50,237 nucleotides of DNA from positions 1 to 50,237 of IMG/VR virus record IMGVR_UViG_3300022181_000143; one strand, 5' to 3'. The notes under the pieces were generated by a model. That model ran no database searches and had not been told where the DNA came from. It was given only the letters and a program-made list of their open reading frames with translations. Positions 26,260 through 35,995 of the stretch are shown here, piece by piece (the first letter of the stretch is position 1; the number at the start of each line of letters is the position of its first letter). This DNA is from a virus. Its lineage: Duplodnaviria > Caudoviricetes. The position numbers and the translations under genes were made by a program.

Positions 26260-27033
26260 ATGAGAATTCAATACCCTATCACAGGAACAAAACGTAAAGA
26301 GCTGGTCGCTGTTCTCGAGTTAGAACTGAACACGATCTCTAAGTATCTGGGAGCACCAAGCTTCGCCTACGAGATCGGAGAATACCGAGTCGAGAAAGAC
26401 GGGACCCTAAACGGGCCAGATAACCCCGGTCTGGTTTCTGACCTTTGTGGGTTGCATGACTTCGAAGCTGTCTCGGTGGAATACGAGAACCTATCTGAAC
26501 CACCAAAACCAGAGATTGCAGAGCTTCCCATTCCCTACGAAGCAGCGCTTGGCGGTAGGGTTAGTCCTTATCGAGATTACGAGGAACCTCCTGCCTATCT
26601 AACTCCCACTGACTTGAGCGTTGAAATTCGGTTGGAAAATTTCCCTGAAGAGGCTTTTTTCAACCTCCAACGATTGGTCGCGAGTAAAGAGACTCTGATT
26701 AAGAAAGCGCTGGGAGTAAGTTCTTTGCCAATTGAACGAACCGTAACATCTTTACGATTTGCTTGGTTCAAGTTGGAGCCGGGGAACGAAGCGGTTTCTT
26801 CCAACGCAGCAATTCACTTTGTGAACGGACTCTGCCAATTGGCGAAAAGCCAAAAGAGAGTCAATGATACCGAGAAGTCGGTAGAGAACGAGAAATATGC
26901 TTTTCGTTGTTTTCTCCTCCGCTTAGGATTCATTGGCCCAGAGTTCAAGAATGAACGAAAACTTCTCCTTTCCAAACTATCCGGCAATTCCGCATTCAGG
27001 AACAAAGAACAGGAGGTAGAAGTAGATGAATAG
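26260..27033 (+). CDS. Phage 'virulence-related' conserved hypothetical protein
   Basis: KYLGAPSFAYEIG; C-terminal NEKYAFRCFLLRLGFIG...LSGNSAFR. Confidence 0.75.
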   Translation: MRIQYPITGTKRKELVAVLELELNTISKYLGAPSFAYEIGEYRVEKDGTLNGPDNPGLVSDLCGLHDFEAVSVEYENLSEPPKPEIAELPIPYEAALGGRVSPYRDYEEPPAYLTPTDLSVEIRLENFPEEAFFNLQRLVASKETLIKKALGVSSLPIERTVTSLRFAWFKLEPGNEAVSSNAAIHFVNGLCQLAKSQKRVNDTEKSVENEKYAFRCFLLRLGFIGPEFKNERKLLLSKLSGNSAFRNKEQEVEVDE

Positions 27034-27256
27034 ATTTCCCTCCAGAGATACAGTAGAACGAATCAGAAAAGACTTTCCTCCTGGCACGCGTGTGCAGCTT
27101 TTGAAAATGGATGATCCTCAAGCTCCACCAATTGGCTCCTTGGGAACGGTCATCGCGGTCGATGACATTGGTAGCATCTTGGTGAAATGGGACTGTGGTA
27201 GCTCTTTGAATGTAGCCTACGGCGAGGACTTATGTAGAAAGGTTGAACTTCAATGA
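27026..27256 (+). CDS. DUF4314-like protein
   Basis: PGTRVQLLKMDDPQAPPIG..GTV..VDDIG....WD.GSSL. Confidence 0.8.
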   Translation: MNRFPSRDTVERIRKDFPPGTRVQLLKMDDPQAPPIGSLGTVIAVDDIGSILVKWDCGSSLNVAYGEDLCRKVELQ

Positions 27257-27432
27257 CCAAAGTCATTAAGAAACAAATACTGGATATTCGCGACTCTGGT
27301 GAAACCAACATGTTCGATGTATCAAGAGTCAAAATCATCTCGCTGCGTAAAGGATACTTAGAGCTATTGGAATTTCTCGAAAACAACCCCAATGCGTATG
27401 TGCGATTTATTCTAACCGGAGAGGAAAAGTAG
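27253..27432 (+). CDS. DUF5049-like protein (59 aa, not in the ORF track)
   Basis: MTKVIKKQILDIRDSGETNMFD...YVRFILTGEEK; ATGA overlap with the upstream gene. Confidence 0.8.
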   Translation: MTKVIKKQILDIRDSGETNMFDVSRVKIISLRKGYLELLEFLENNPNAYVRFILTGEEK

Positions 27433-27447
27433 AACACAACCTAACCC

Positions 27448-27477
27448 AAACAGGGCTTTAACGAGCTCTGTTTTTTT
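27448..27477 (+). terminator. Intrinsic terminator immediately upstream of terL
   Basis: AAACAGGGCT...AGCTCTGTTT plus T tract. Confidence 0.7.
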
Positions 27478-27500
27478 ATGCTCGAAAGGAGGTAACAGAA

Positions 27501-30119
27501 ATACGCAAGCTCAAAAGATACAAACCGACTCGCTTCAAAGCGGCAGATTCGATCTATGATAAAGCTGCTGCCGATTTCGCTGTTACCTTCATCCAAGCTT
27601 TGTCTCATACGAAAGGGACCTGGTCTGGAAAACCATTTGAGTTGATTGATTGGCAGGAGCAGATCATCCGAGATGTCTTTGGCACTCTGAAAAAGGATGG
27701 GTATCGGCAATTCAATACAGCATATATTGAGATACCGAAGAAAATGGGGAAACAGCTTGCTTTGGATACTCCAATACCTACACCCGATGGGTGGAAGCAG
27801 ATGGGTGAACTACAACCGGGAGATTTGGTTTTTGATGAAACGGGAAATCCCTGCCAAGTCCTAGCCTTGAGCCCTATCGACAACACCGAACAAGCGTATC
27901 GACTAACCTTCGGTGATGGCAGCTCTATCGTAGCCGGTGCAAGACACCTTTGGAATATTCAAGTAACCAACTATCAAAGAAGACCTGCCTTAATGGAAAC
28001 GCAAGAAATGTATAAATTCTTTCTTGCTTATCGCGAAAAGCACAAAAACGAGCCTTTCCGATCTCTATACAGAATACCGGTCACACAAGCTTTAAAGCTA
28101 AAAGATGCAGAATTGCCGGTTGACCCCTACCTCTATGGTTACTGGCTTGGAAATGGGTGTGCTACCAAACCGGAGATCACGATACGTACCTGTGATGTAT
28201 CTAGCGTGCTCAAAAGGATACCCTACGAGATTTCATCTGCTTGGAAGAATGTTGGCGACAGTGTGATTTTTCGTATTCCCTACCTGAAGACCATCTTGCT
28301 GACTTCCTTCCGTGATAAACAGATTCCAAGTCTATACTTAAGAGCGTCACGAGCACAACGCTTGGAACTTCTACAAGGGCTAATGGATTCCGACGGTTGC
28401 ATTAGTAAGGTGAGAGCTCAGAGCATCTATGTCAGCACTCAGAAACAACTCGCATTGGATGTTAGAGAGCTTCTCTGGAGTCTTGGCATCAAGAACTCTA
28501 TGACAGAGCAACCATCTTTAAGGTATAACAGGCTAACCGGTGAATCACTATACACGATTCGATTCACCTCATTTACCCATTTGCCGGTTAGCGGGCTTAG
28601 CAGAAAGCTATGCAACAGAAAAGCATCTGCCTTTGTACCTACACGCTCCAATTTCCACTATATTCATTCCATCGAACCTCTCAATGAAAAGGTAGCGATG
28701 AGGTGTATCCAGGTAGATTCTTTGTCTCATCAATACTTGGCCGGGCCATCGATGGTGCCAACACACAACTCGGAGCTTGCTGCGGCGGTAGCCCTGTTGC
28801 TCACCTGTGGGGACAACGAAGAACGTGCCGAAGTATATGGTTGTGCTGCGGATAGAAACCAAGCATCTATCGTCTTCAATGTAGCTGCAGATATGGTGCG
28901 TATGTCTCCGGCGCTCTCCAAACGAGTGAAAATCCTGGATTCGATGAAGCGATTGATTTTTCAACCAACGGGAAGTATTTATCAGGTGCTCTCCGCTGAT
29001 GTCAGCAACAAGCACGGCTTCAATACACACGGTGTGGTCTTTGATGAACTGCACACTCAACCCAATCGAAAACTCTTTGATGTAATGACCAAAGGCTCCG
29101 GTGATGCTCGAACACAGCCACTCTATTTCCTGATTACGACCGCTGGAGACAACCAAAATAGCATCTGCTGGGAAGTTCATCAGAAAGCTTTGGATATTAT
29201 CGATGGCAGAAAGACTGATCCAACCTTCTATCCGGTGATTTATGGCGCTGCAGTTGAAGATGATTGGACGGACCCCAAAGTTTGGAAGAAAGCAAATCCA
29301 TCGTTAGGCATTACTGTTACCATGGATAAGGTGAAAGCTGCCTTTGAATCGGCTAGACAAAACCCCGCTGAAGAGAATAGTTTCAGGCAGCTTCGATTAA
29401 ACCAGTGGGTAAAACAGGCAGTGCGTTGGATGCCGATGGAAAAATGGGATGCTTGTGCATTTGCGGTTGAACCCGAAAAACTGCATGGACGAGTTTGTTA
29501 TGGTGGACTCGATCTATCCAGCAGCACGGATATCACTGCATTCGTTTTGGTGTTTCCTCCCCTAGATGAAGAGGACAAGTATCATATCCTGCCATACTTC
29601 TGGATACCAGAAGACAATATTGATCTTCGGGTTAAGCGGGACCATGTCAACTATGATGTTTGGAAGAAACAGGACTATCTCCTGACCACTGAAGGAAATG
29701 TTGTTCACTACGGCTTTATAGAAGCCTTTATTGAAGAGTTAGGGACAAAGTATAACATTCGGGAGATTGCTTTCGACCGTTGGGGAGCGGTGCAGATGAC
29801 CCAAAACTTAGAAAACCTTGGCTTCACGGTAGTTCCGTTCGGTCAAGGTTTTAAAGATATGTCTCCCCCCACAAAGGAGCTAATGAAGCTGACATATGAG
29901 CAGAAGATTGCGCATGGTGGTCACCCGATTCTACGTTGGATGATGGATAACATCTTCGTTCGAACAGATCCCGCAGGCAACATAAAAGCGGATAAGGAGA
30001 AATCTTCTGAGAAGATCGATGGAGCTGTAGCTACCATTATGGCTTTGGATAGAGCGATACGGTGTGATAATTCCCTATATAGAAGTGTATATGACACAAG
30101 GGGATTATTGCTACTTTAG
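27501..30119 (+). CDS. terL: Terminase large subunit, intein-containing, probable ATA start
   Basis: WQEQII, Walker A PKKMGK|SE, VVFDELH, ITTAG, GLDLS, KIDG; SD AAGGAGGT 7 nt before the in-frame ATA at 27501. Confidence 0.93.
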   Translation: MRKLKRYKPTRFKAADSIYDKAAADFAVTFIQALSHTKGTWSGKPFELIDWQEQIIRDVFGTLKKDGYRQFNTAYIEIPKKMGKQLALDTPIPTPDGWKQMGELQPGDLVFDETGNPCQVLALSPIDNTEQAYRLTFGDGSSIVAGARHLWNIQVTNYQRRPALMETQEMYKFFLAYREKHKNEPFRSLYRIPVTQALKLKDAELPVDPYLYGYWLGNGCATKPEITIRTCDVSSVLKRIPYEISSAWKNVGDSVIFRIPYLKTILLTSFRDKQIPSLYLRASRAQRLELLQGLMDSDGCISKVRAQSIYVSTQKQLALDVRELLWSLGIKNSMTEQPSLRYNRLTGESLYTIRFTSFTHLPVSGLSRKLCNRKASAFVPTRSNFHYIHSIEPLNEKVAMRCIQVDSLSHQYLAGPSMVPTHNSELAAAVALLLTCGDNEERAEVYGCAADRNQASIVFNVAADMVRMSPALSKRVKILDSMKRLIFQPTGSIYQVLSADVSNKHGFNTHGVVFDELHTQPNRKLFDVMTKGSGDARTQPLYFLITTAGDNQNSICWEVHQKALDIIDGRKTDPTFYPVIYGAAVEDDWTDPKVWKKANPSLGITVTMDKVKAAFESARQNPAEENSFRQLRLNQWVKQAVRWMPMEKWDACAFAVEPEKLHGRVCYGGLDLSSSTDITAFVLVFPPLDEEDKYHILPYFWIPEDNIDLRVKRDHVNYDVWKKQDYLLTTEGNVVHYGFIEAFIEELGTKYNIREIAFDRWGAVQMTQNLENLGFTVVPFGQGFKDMSPPTKELMKLTYEQKIAHGGHPILRWMMDNIFVRTDPAGNIKADKEKSSEKIDGAVATIMALDRAIRCDNSLYRSVYDTRGLLLL
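27753..28769 (+). mobile_element. Intein (339 aa) with LAGLIDADG homing-endonuclease domain, class-3-like
   Basis: Starts QLALDTPIPTPDGW and ends VPTHN followed by Ser; block B HLW, block F RCIQV; YLYGYWLGNG and LLQGLMDSDG. Confidence 0.92.
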
Positions 30120-30220
30120 TAATCGGAGCGGCAACAGCTACCTAGGGCATATGATATTTTGCGCAATCCATCACACTTCTTAAAACCAAAAGCCATCGAC
30201 ATTTCGATTGCAAACCAACT

Positions 30221-31468
30221 CTATCCATGTGCATTGTGTAGTTTGTTTGAATAGAAATATAGAGGAATTGCGGCTAATTGCGTACCAACGGAAACAATGA
30301 TCATCGTAGTCAAGCTAAAATCATATAATACACCAAGGAGCCAACTTCCAAGGAACCAAAAGATACCGAATGCGAATTCAAAAATTCCATATCCCGTAGC
30401 TCGGCTCATTTTAGGAACCATTGTCGAAACAGCTGCTTTCAAAATTGATTCCTGGGCCCCCATCCCAATGCCCCATAAGCCGATTCCAAAAAGAACCATC
30501 GGTAATGAATTAGAAGAAAAAATGAAAAAGGCAAATGGTGCAGATATGAGTGTAGAAAGCACAAGTGCTTTGACCCCTTTTCTGTCATACATATAGCCAA
30601 AGTAGAGTGCCGACACGGCATCGATAAGCATGGCCCCTGCATAGAGAAGCGGAAGAGTACCACTATTAACGATTGAAGATGTTTCGGCCAATCCGGAAGC
30701 AATTCCAGTAAATGTTCTGGCAATATGCATAATTATAAGAGAATAATCTATGAAACCAAAAGCAAACAAGCTTATCCCCGAAATATAGAGAACAAATTCT
30801 TTCTTCAATTTGAATGGAATGTATTCTTTTGGCTCAGGCTCAAAATGTTCCGGATTAGGGAATTTGTGTTTCGTGACAAACAAAAGAATAATCGTTATAG
30901 CTCCTGGAATTGCTAGGAAGGCAAAGCAAGTAGAGTAAATCTGAAAGGTGGTTCCTTCGGTTTTGAATAACATTACAATGTAGAGTAGAACCGGTCCGAG
31001 GAAAGCACCAATTTGGTCCAGCATTTCTTGTATTCCGAAGCTTTTCCCTACGCCTTCTTGTGAAGCAGCAAAGGACATGATGGTATCTTTTGCCGGCTTT
31101 TTAATTGCTTTTCCCATTCGCTGAATTACAAGAAGCATCGCTGCCATTACCCATCCGTTTTCACCTACAAGTGCAAGTGCCGGAACAGCGAGGATATCTA
31201 ATAAGTAGCCCGCAATCGTCATAGGCCAGTATTTCTTTGTCTTATCGGTGATTCTACCGAAAACATATCGCATAGAATACCCTATCAGCTCACCAAGCCC
31301 TGAAATGAAGCCGATGGTTCCAGCGGAAGCCCCTAGTAGTGATAGATAGGAACCCCGAATGCTTGAAGCACCTTCATGTGTCATATCAGAAAAAAGACTA
31401 ACGATACCAAACAAGATAATAAACATCATCGCTTGTGAAAGCCTTGGCCTATTCTTGGTATTATTCAT
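30221..31468 (-). CDS. MFS transporter (moron)
   Basis: About 12 hydrophobic segments; GRITDK and GYMYDRKG loop motifs. Confidence 0.9.
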   Translation of the reverse strand: MNNTKNRPRLSQAMMFIILFGIVSLFSDMTHEGASSIRGSYLSLLGASAGTIGFISGLGELIGYSMRYVFGRITDKTKKYWPMTIAGYLLDILAVPALALVGENGWVMAAMLLVIQRMGKAIKKPAKDTIMSFAASQEGVGKSFGIQEMLDQIGAFLGPVLLYIVMLFKTEGTTFQIYSTCFAFLAIPGAITIILLFVTKHKFPNPEHFEPEPKEYIPFKLKKEFVLYISGISLFAFGFIDYSLIIMHIARTFTGIASGLAETSSIVNSGTLPLLYAGAMLIDAVSALYFGYMYDRKGVKALVLSTLISAPFAFFIFSSNSLPMVLFGIGLWGIGMGAQESILKAAVSTMVPKMSRATGYGIFEFAFGIFWFLGSWLLGVLYDFSLTTMIIVSVGTQLAAIPLYFYSNKLHNAHG

Positions 31469-31934
31469 TTTGATTCGCCTCCATCACAAGCGCGCTAATC
31501 GTCACAAAATCTGCTTTGCTCTCACTTTTACACCGTTGATATAGAATATCAAGTAACTTTACAAATTCCTCTTGTTCATTCCGGCCTAATCCAGCTAACA
31601 GCCATTCATAAAATTGAGCTTCAACATGTGCTTTTGATGTTTTTAGACTTTCGGATTTCAGCGTAGCATATAAGAGTTGGCTCCGACCATCGGCCGGATT
31701 GATCTTTCTGATGAGATACCCTTTTGCTTCGAGGCTCGCTGTTTGACGTGCCACTGCACTTTTATCGATTCCGAGTTTTTTGCAGATTTCTGCTTGAGTA
31801 ATGCCTGGATTCTTACGAACAGCATGGATAAAGTCGAATTCAGAAGTCCCAATTCCTTCCGCCCTCAAAGTCCGTGTAGTAAACTTACTAACTTCTCGAG
31901 CAATCTTTGTGATTTTCCTTTGAGTAATGTCCAA
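31461..31934 (-). CDS. MarR-family regulator (moron)
   Basis: PGITQAEICKKLGIDKSAVARQTASLEAKGYL...DGRS; TTG start after GGAGGG. Confidence 0.92.
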   Translation of the reverse strand: MDITQRKITKIAREVSKFTTRTLRAEGIGTSEFDFIHAVRKNPGITQAEICKKLGIDKSAVARQTASLEAKGYLIRKINPADGRSQLLYATLKSESLKTSKAHVEAQFYEWLLAGLGRNEQEEFVKLLDILYQRCKSESKADFVTISALVMEANQNE

Positions 31935-31943
31935 AGTGTTCCC

Positions 31944-31998
31944 TCCAATATTCGTTGATGTGTCAACTATTGTAGATGATACATCAACGAATATTGGA
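31944..31998. promoter_or_regulatory. Large palindrome, probable MarR operator(s)
   Basis: TCCAATATTCGTTGATGT (31944-31961) / ACATCAACGAATATTGGA (31981-31998), perfect 18-bp inverted repeat upstream of marR. Confidence 0.75.
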
Positions 31999-32115
31999 AT
32001 GCAATAGTAGATACAAATTCTATTTATAAACTCCTAAACTATCCACTTATTTGAACTGTTTGTTCAACGATCTTGCTCCGCTACTTTTCTTCAGTTATAA
32101 CAAGGAGTGATGCCC

Positions 32116-33372
32116 ATGGGAATCTTGCAAGACCTATTTCGTTCAAGAGATAAACCTCAAAATGCCCTAGGTGGTAGCAGATACAGCTTCTTTTATGGCA
32201 ATACCAGCTCTGGAAAACCCGTCAATGAGCAATCCGCCATGCAAATGACCGCTGTCTATTCCTGTGTTAGAATCCTTGCAGAAACCGTAGCCGGTCTTCC
32301 GTTACATGTTTATCGTTATACCGATAACGGCGGAAAAGAAAAATACTGGCAGCATTCCCTCTACCGACTCCTCCATGATGAGCCTAACTCAGAAATGACT
32401 TCTTTTGCTTTTCGAGAAACCCTCATGAGCCATCTTCTACTCTGGGGTAATGCCTATGCACAAATCATCCGAAATGCCAGAGGCGAAGTCATTGCTCTCT
32501 ACCCATTAATGCCTAACAAAATGACAGTTGATCGCGATTCAAGCGGTCGACTTTTCTATTTGTATTGCAGAAACCCAGAGGACTTTTCGTCCAAAAGAAA
32601 CCAAAGTGAAGTCTATCTCCAACCCTCAGATGTTTTGCACATCCCTGGGTTAGGCTTTGATGGTCTAGTTGGCTACTCCCCCATTGCTATGGCGAAGAAT
32701 GCAGTGGGGTTAGCCATTGCTACAGAAGAATACGGAGCCAAGTTCTTTGCCAATGGTGCAGCACCGGGTGGTGTACTGGAGCATCCAGGAGTGATCAAAG
32801 ATCCACAGAAGGTCAAAGACAGTTGGAATACGGTCTATCAGGGAAGCGGGAATTCCCACAAGGTAGCTGTCTTGGAAGAAGGGATGAAATACCAGCCCAT
32901 CGGTATCTCACCGGAACAAGCTCAGTTTCTAGAAACGAGGAAATTCCAGATCAATGAAATTGCACGCATCTTCCGAGTGCCGCCCCACATGCTTGCCGAT
33001 TTGGAGAAGTCCTCTTTTTCCAACATCGAGCAGCAGTCCTTGGAGTTTGTGAAATACACTCTAGACCCTTGGGTAGTTCGCTGGGAACAAGCCATGTGCC
33101 GATCTCTATTATCGGAAAGTGAAAAGTCAAAGATTTTCATTAAATTCAACGTAGACGGACTGCTTCGAGGGGACTACGTCAGTCGTATGAGTGGATATGC
33201 AACAGCTCGACAAAATGGCTGGATGAGTGCTAATGATATTCGTGAATTAGAAAACCTCGATCGCATCCCGGCCGAACTTGGAGGAGATTTATACCTGATC
33301 AACGGAGCCATGACCAAGCTACAAGATGCCGGTGCTTTTGCTAAACCAAATGAAACGGAGGAAAACAAATGA
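32116..33372 (+). CDS. Portal protein, HK97 family
   Basis: AVYSCVRILAETVAGLP, LLWGNAY, IARIFRVPPH, NIEQQ. Confidence 0.95.
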   Translation: MGILQDLFRSRDKPQNALGGSRYSFFYGNTSSGKPVNEQSAMQMTAVYSCVRILAETVAGLPLHVYRYTDNGGKEKYWQHSLYRLLHDEPNSEMTSFAFRETLMSHLLLWGNAYAQIIRNARGEVIALYPLMPNKMTVDRDSSGRLFYLYCRNPEDFSSKRNQSEVYLQPSDVLHIPGLGFDGLVGYSPIAMAKNAVGLAIATEEYGAKFFANGAAPGGVLEHPGVIKDPQKVKDSWNTVYQGSGNSHKVAVLEEGMKYQPIGISPEQAQFLETRKFQINEIARIFRVPPHMLADLEKSSFSNIEQQSLEFVKYTLDPWVVRWEQAMCRSLLSESEKSKIFIKFNVDGLLRGDYVSRMSGYATARQNGWMSANDIRELENLDRIPAELGGDLYLINGAMTKLQDAGAFAKPNETEENK

Positions 33373-34055
33373 AGAAATTCTGGAACTGGATCAAAAATGA
33401 GAATACTCAAGAAAGAACCCTATATTTGGATGGAGTCATCGCAGAAGAATCCTGGTTCGATGATGATATCACTCCACGCGCTTTCAAAGCCGAGTTACAC
33501 TCGGGAGAAGGAGACATCACCATCTGGTTAAACTCACCGGGAGGGGATTGTATTGCAGCCAGTCAGATCTATGCTATGCTCATGGACTACAAAGGTAAGA
33601 TCACCGTCAAGATTGATGGCATCGCAGCTTCGGCCGCATCGGTTATCGCCATGGCCGGAACGAATGTGCAAATGGCTCCGACCGCCTTAATGATGATTCA
33701 CAACCCTTTAACCGTAGCCATTGGGGACAGTGAAGAAATGCAGAAAGCCATCTCTATGTTATCCGAAGTCAAAGAAAGTATCATCAATGCCTATGAAATC
33801 AAGACCGGTCAATCCCGAACCAAACTCTCCCATATGATGGATGCTGAAACCTGGTTAAATGCTAATAAGGCCATTGAATTGGGTTTTGCAGATCAGATCA
33901 TGGAAGACGAGAAAAAACGAGTCAACCTTGAAGATTTTACGTATGCCTTTAGTCGTAGAGCTGTCACCAACTCACTCTATATGAAACTGAAACCAAAACA
34001 TAATAGTATCCCAACTGAGTCGCTTGAGAAGCGGCTTTTTTTATTGCCACACTAA
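33369..34055 (+). CDS. ClpP-type head maturation protease
   Basis: LNSPGG, AASAAS, MMIHNP, ETWL.A..AIELGFAD. Confidence 0.93.
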   Translation: MKKFWNWIKNENTQERTLYLDGVIAEESWFDDDITPRAFKAELHSGEGDITIWLNSPGGDCIAASQIYAMLMDYKGKITVKIDGIAASAASVIAMAGTNVQMAPTALMMIHNPLTVAIGDSEEMQKAISMLSEVKESIINAYEIKTGQSRTKLSHMMDAETWLNANKAIELGFADQIMEDEKKRVNLEDFTYAFSRRAVTNSLYMKLKPKHNSIPTESLEKRLFLLPH

Positions 34056-34075
34056 ATATTTGGAGGGACAAAAAC

Positions 34076-35284
34076 ATGAATCAAATTTTGACGTTACGCG
34101 AAAAACGCACCAAGACCTGGGAAGCTGCGAAAGCATTTTTGGAAGGGAAACGCGGCACAGATGGCTTGCTGCTTGCCGAAGATGTTGCAACCTACGAAAA
34201 GATGGAAAACGAAGTGGTTGCGCTGGGCAAAGAAATCGAGCGATTAGAAAAGCAGGAAACCATGGACCGGGAATTAGCCAAACCGCTCAATACTCCCCTG
34301 ACCAATCGACCTTTTACTCAAGGAGCCGAAAATAAAACCGGACGTGCATCCAACGAATATAAAAGTGCTTTCTGGAATGCCATGCGCACCCGCGCCGGTG
34401 AAGGGCTAGATCCGACCATTCGTAATGCACTGCAAGTCGGAACGGATACCGAAGGTGGTTACTTAGTGCCGGATGAGTTCGAACGGACCTTGATTGAAGC
34501 ATTGACGGAAGAAAACATCTTCCGCAGTCTAGCCAAAGTCATCACGACCTCTTCCGGAGATCGCAAAATCCCTGTGGTGGCTTCTAAAGGTACCGCCGCT
34601 TGGATTGACGAGGAAGGAACCATCACTGATACGGATGATGCCTTTAACCAAGTTTCCATTGGGGCTTACAAACTCGCCACCATGATCAAAGTCTCAGAAG
34701 AGCTTCTTAACGACAGTGTCTTCAACTTAGAAGCCTATATCGCGAAAGAATTCGGACGCCGTATTGGTAACAAAGAGGAAGAAGCATTCTTTATCGGAGA
34801 TGGTTCCGGTAAGCCTACTGGTCTGTTGGCAGCCACCGGTGGTGCTCAACTGGGGGTGACCGCTGCTAGCGCTACCGCCATTACCGTAGATGAAGTCCTC
34901 GACTTGTTCTATGCATTGAAAGCACCCTATCGTAAGAAAGCAGTTTTCATCATGAACGATTCAACGGTGAAAGCGATTCGCAAGCTGAAAGACGGTCAAG
35001 GTCAGTATTTATGGCAGCCTTCCCTACAAGCAGGGACTCCGGATACCATCTTGAATCGACCCATCTACACTTCAGCCTATTTGCCGACCATCGCCTCAGC
35101 AGCTAAAAGTATCATCTTCGGTGACCTAGGGTATTACTGGGTTGCCGACCGCCAGGGACGTGTCTTCAAGCGACTCAATGAATTGTTCGCTGTCACCGGT
35201 CAGGTTGGCTTTGTTGCCACGCAACGGGTGGATGGTAAGCTGATCCTTCCGGAAGCGGTCAAGATCTTACAACAGAAAGCTTAG
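34076..35284 (+). CDS. Major capsid protein, HK97 fold
   Basis: Coiled N-terminal delta-like region, GGYLVP, KLKDGQGQYLW, FGD. Confidence 0.95.
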   Translation: MNQILTLREKRTKTWEAAKAFLEGKRGTDGLLLAEDVATYEKMENEVVALGKEIERLEKQETMDRELAKPLNTPLTNRPFTQGAENKTGRASNEYKSAFWNAMRTRAGEGLDPTIRNALQVGTDTEGGYLVPDEFERTLIEALTEENIFRSLAKVITTSSGDRKIPVVASKGTAAWIDEEGTITDTDDAFNQVSIGAYKLATMIKVSEELLNDSVFNLEAYIAKEFGRRIGNKEEEAFFIGDGSGKPTGLLAATGGAQLGVTAASATAITVDEVLDLFYALKAPYRKKAVFIMNDSTVKAIRKLKDGQGQYLWQPSLQAGTPDTILNRPIYTSAYLPTIASAAKSIIFGDLGYYWVADRQGRVFKRLNELFAVTGQVGFVATQRVDGKLILPEAVKILQQKA

Positions 35285-35297
35285 GGGGTGAATACTC

Positions 35298-35660
35298 ATG
35301 AGCTATAACACCAAAAACTATACCGAACAAGGTGGAGAGAAAACTGTAATCGGTGGTGCCTTGGAAATCAAAGAGGGGGCCTCTGTTACGGGGCTCCCTA
35401 CTCCTATTCTTCAAGTCGCCACAGAAACGGTTCTAGGTGGTATCCTTGCAGCTAGCAAATCTGAAGCCGATACTGTTCCGGTCAAGATCGACGAAACAGG
35501 CCTTTTGTATGTGCCAACCTATCCGAGTATTCCGGAAGCTCCCGTTATGGCCAACCAAGCCAATAGCGAAGCTACAGAGATTGCTGCACTCGTAGCAGAT
35601 TTCAATGCATTGTTGCTCAAGCTGAAAACGAGTGGATTCATGGCAGCAGATCAACCTTAA
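35298..35660 (+). CDS. Head fibre/decoration-like protein
   Basis: MSYNTKNYTEQGG, DFNALLLKLK; directly after the capsid gene. Confidence 0.65.
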   Translation: MSYNTKNYTEQGGEKTVIGGALEIKEGASVTGLPTPILQVATETVLGGILAASKSEADTVPVKIDETGLLYVPTYPSIPEAPVMANQANSEATEIAALVADFNALLLKLKTSGFMAADQP

Positions 35661-35682
35661 GACAAGATAGGAGGTGGCAATA

Positions 35683-35994
35683 GTGAGTATCTTGTTAGAA
35701 AAAGTCAAAGCGAACTTAGTACTGCAACACTCTGAGGATGATGCATTACTGGAGAGCTATATCTCTGCAGCAGTTTCTTACGCGGAGAGCTATCAGCACA
35801 AGCTAGCGGGGCACTATGCCGGAGCACTAATGCCACCGACTACTGAACAAGCTGTGATTATGTTAGCCAGCCACTTTTATGAAAGTAGAGATGGGAGCAC
35901 GGCTGGATTCTTTGCAGACAATGTACAAGCTGGGCAGCAAGTGTGGAATACGGTAAACTTGCTGCTCCGGCTTGACCGAGATTGGGAGGTGTAG
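35683..35994 (+). CDS. Head-tail connector (gp6-like)
   Basis: VKANL...EDDALL, AVIMLASHFYESR. Confidence 0.88.
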   Translation: MSILLEKVKANLVLQHSEDDALLESYISAAVSYAESYQHKLAGHYAGALMPPTTEQAVIMLASHFYESRDGSTAGFFADNVQAGQQVWNTVNLLLRLDRDWEV

Positions 35995-35995
35995 C

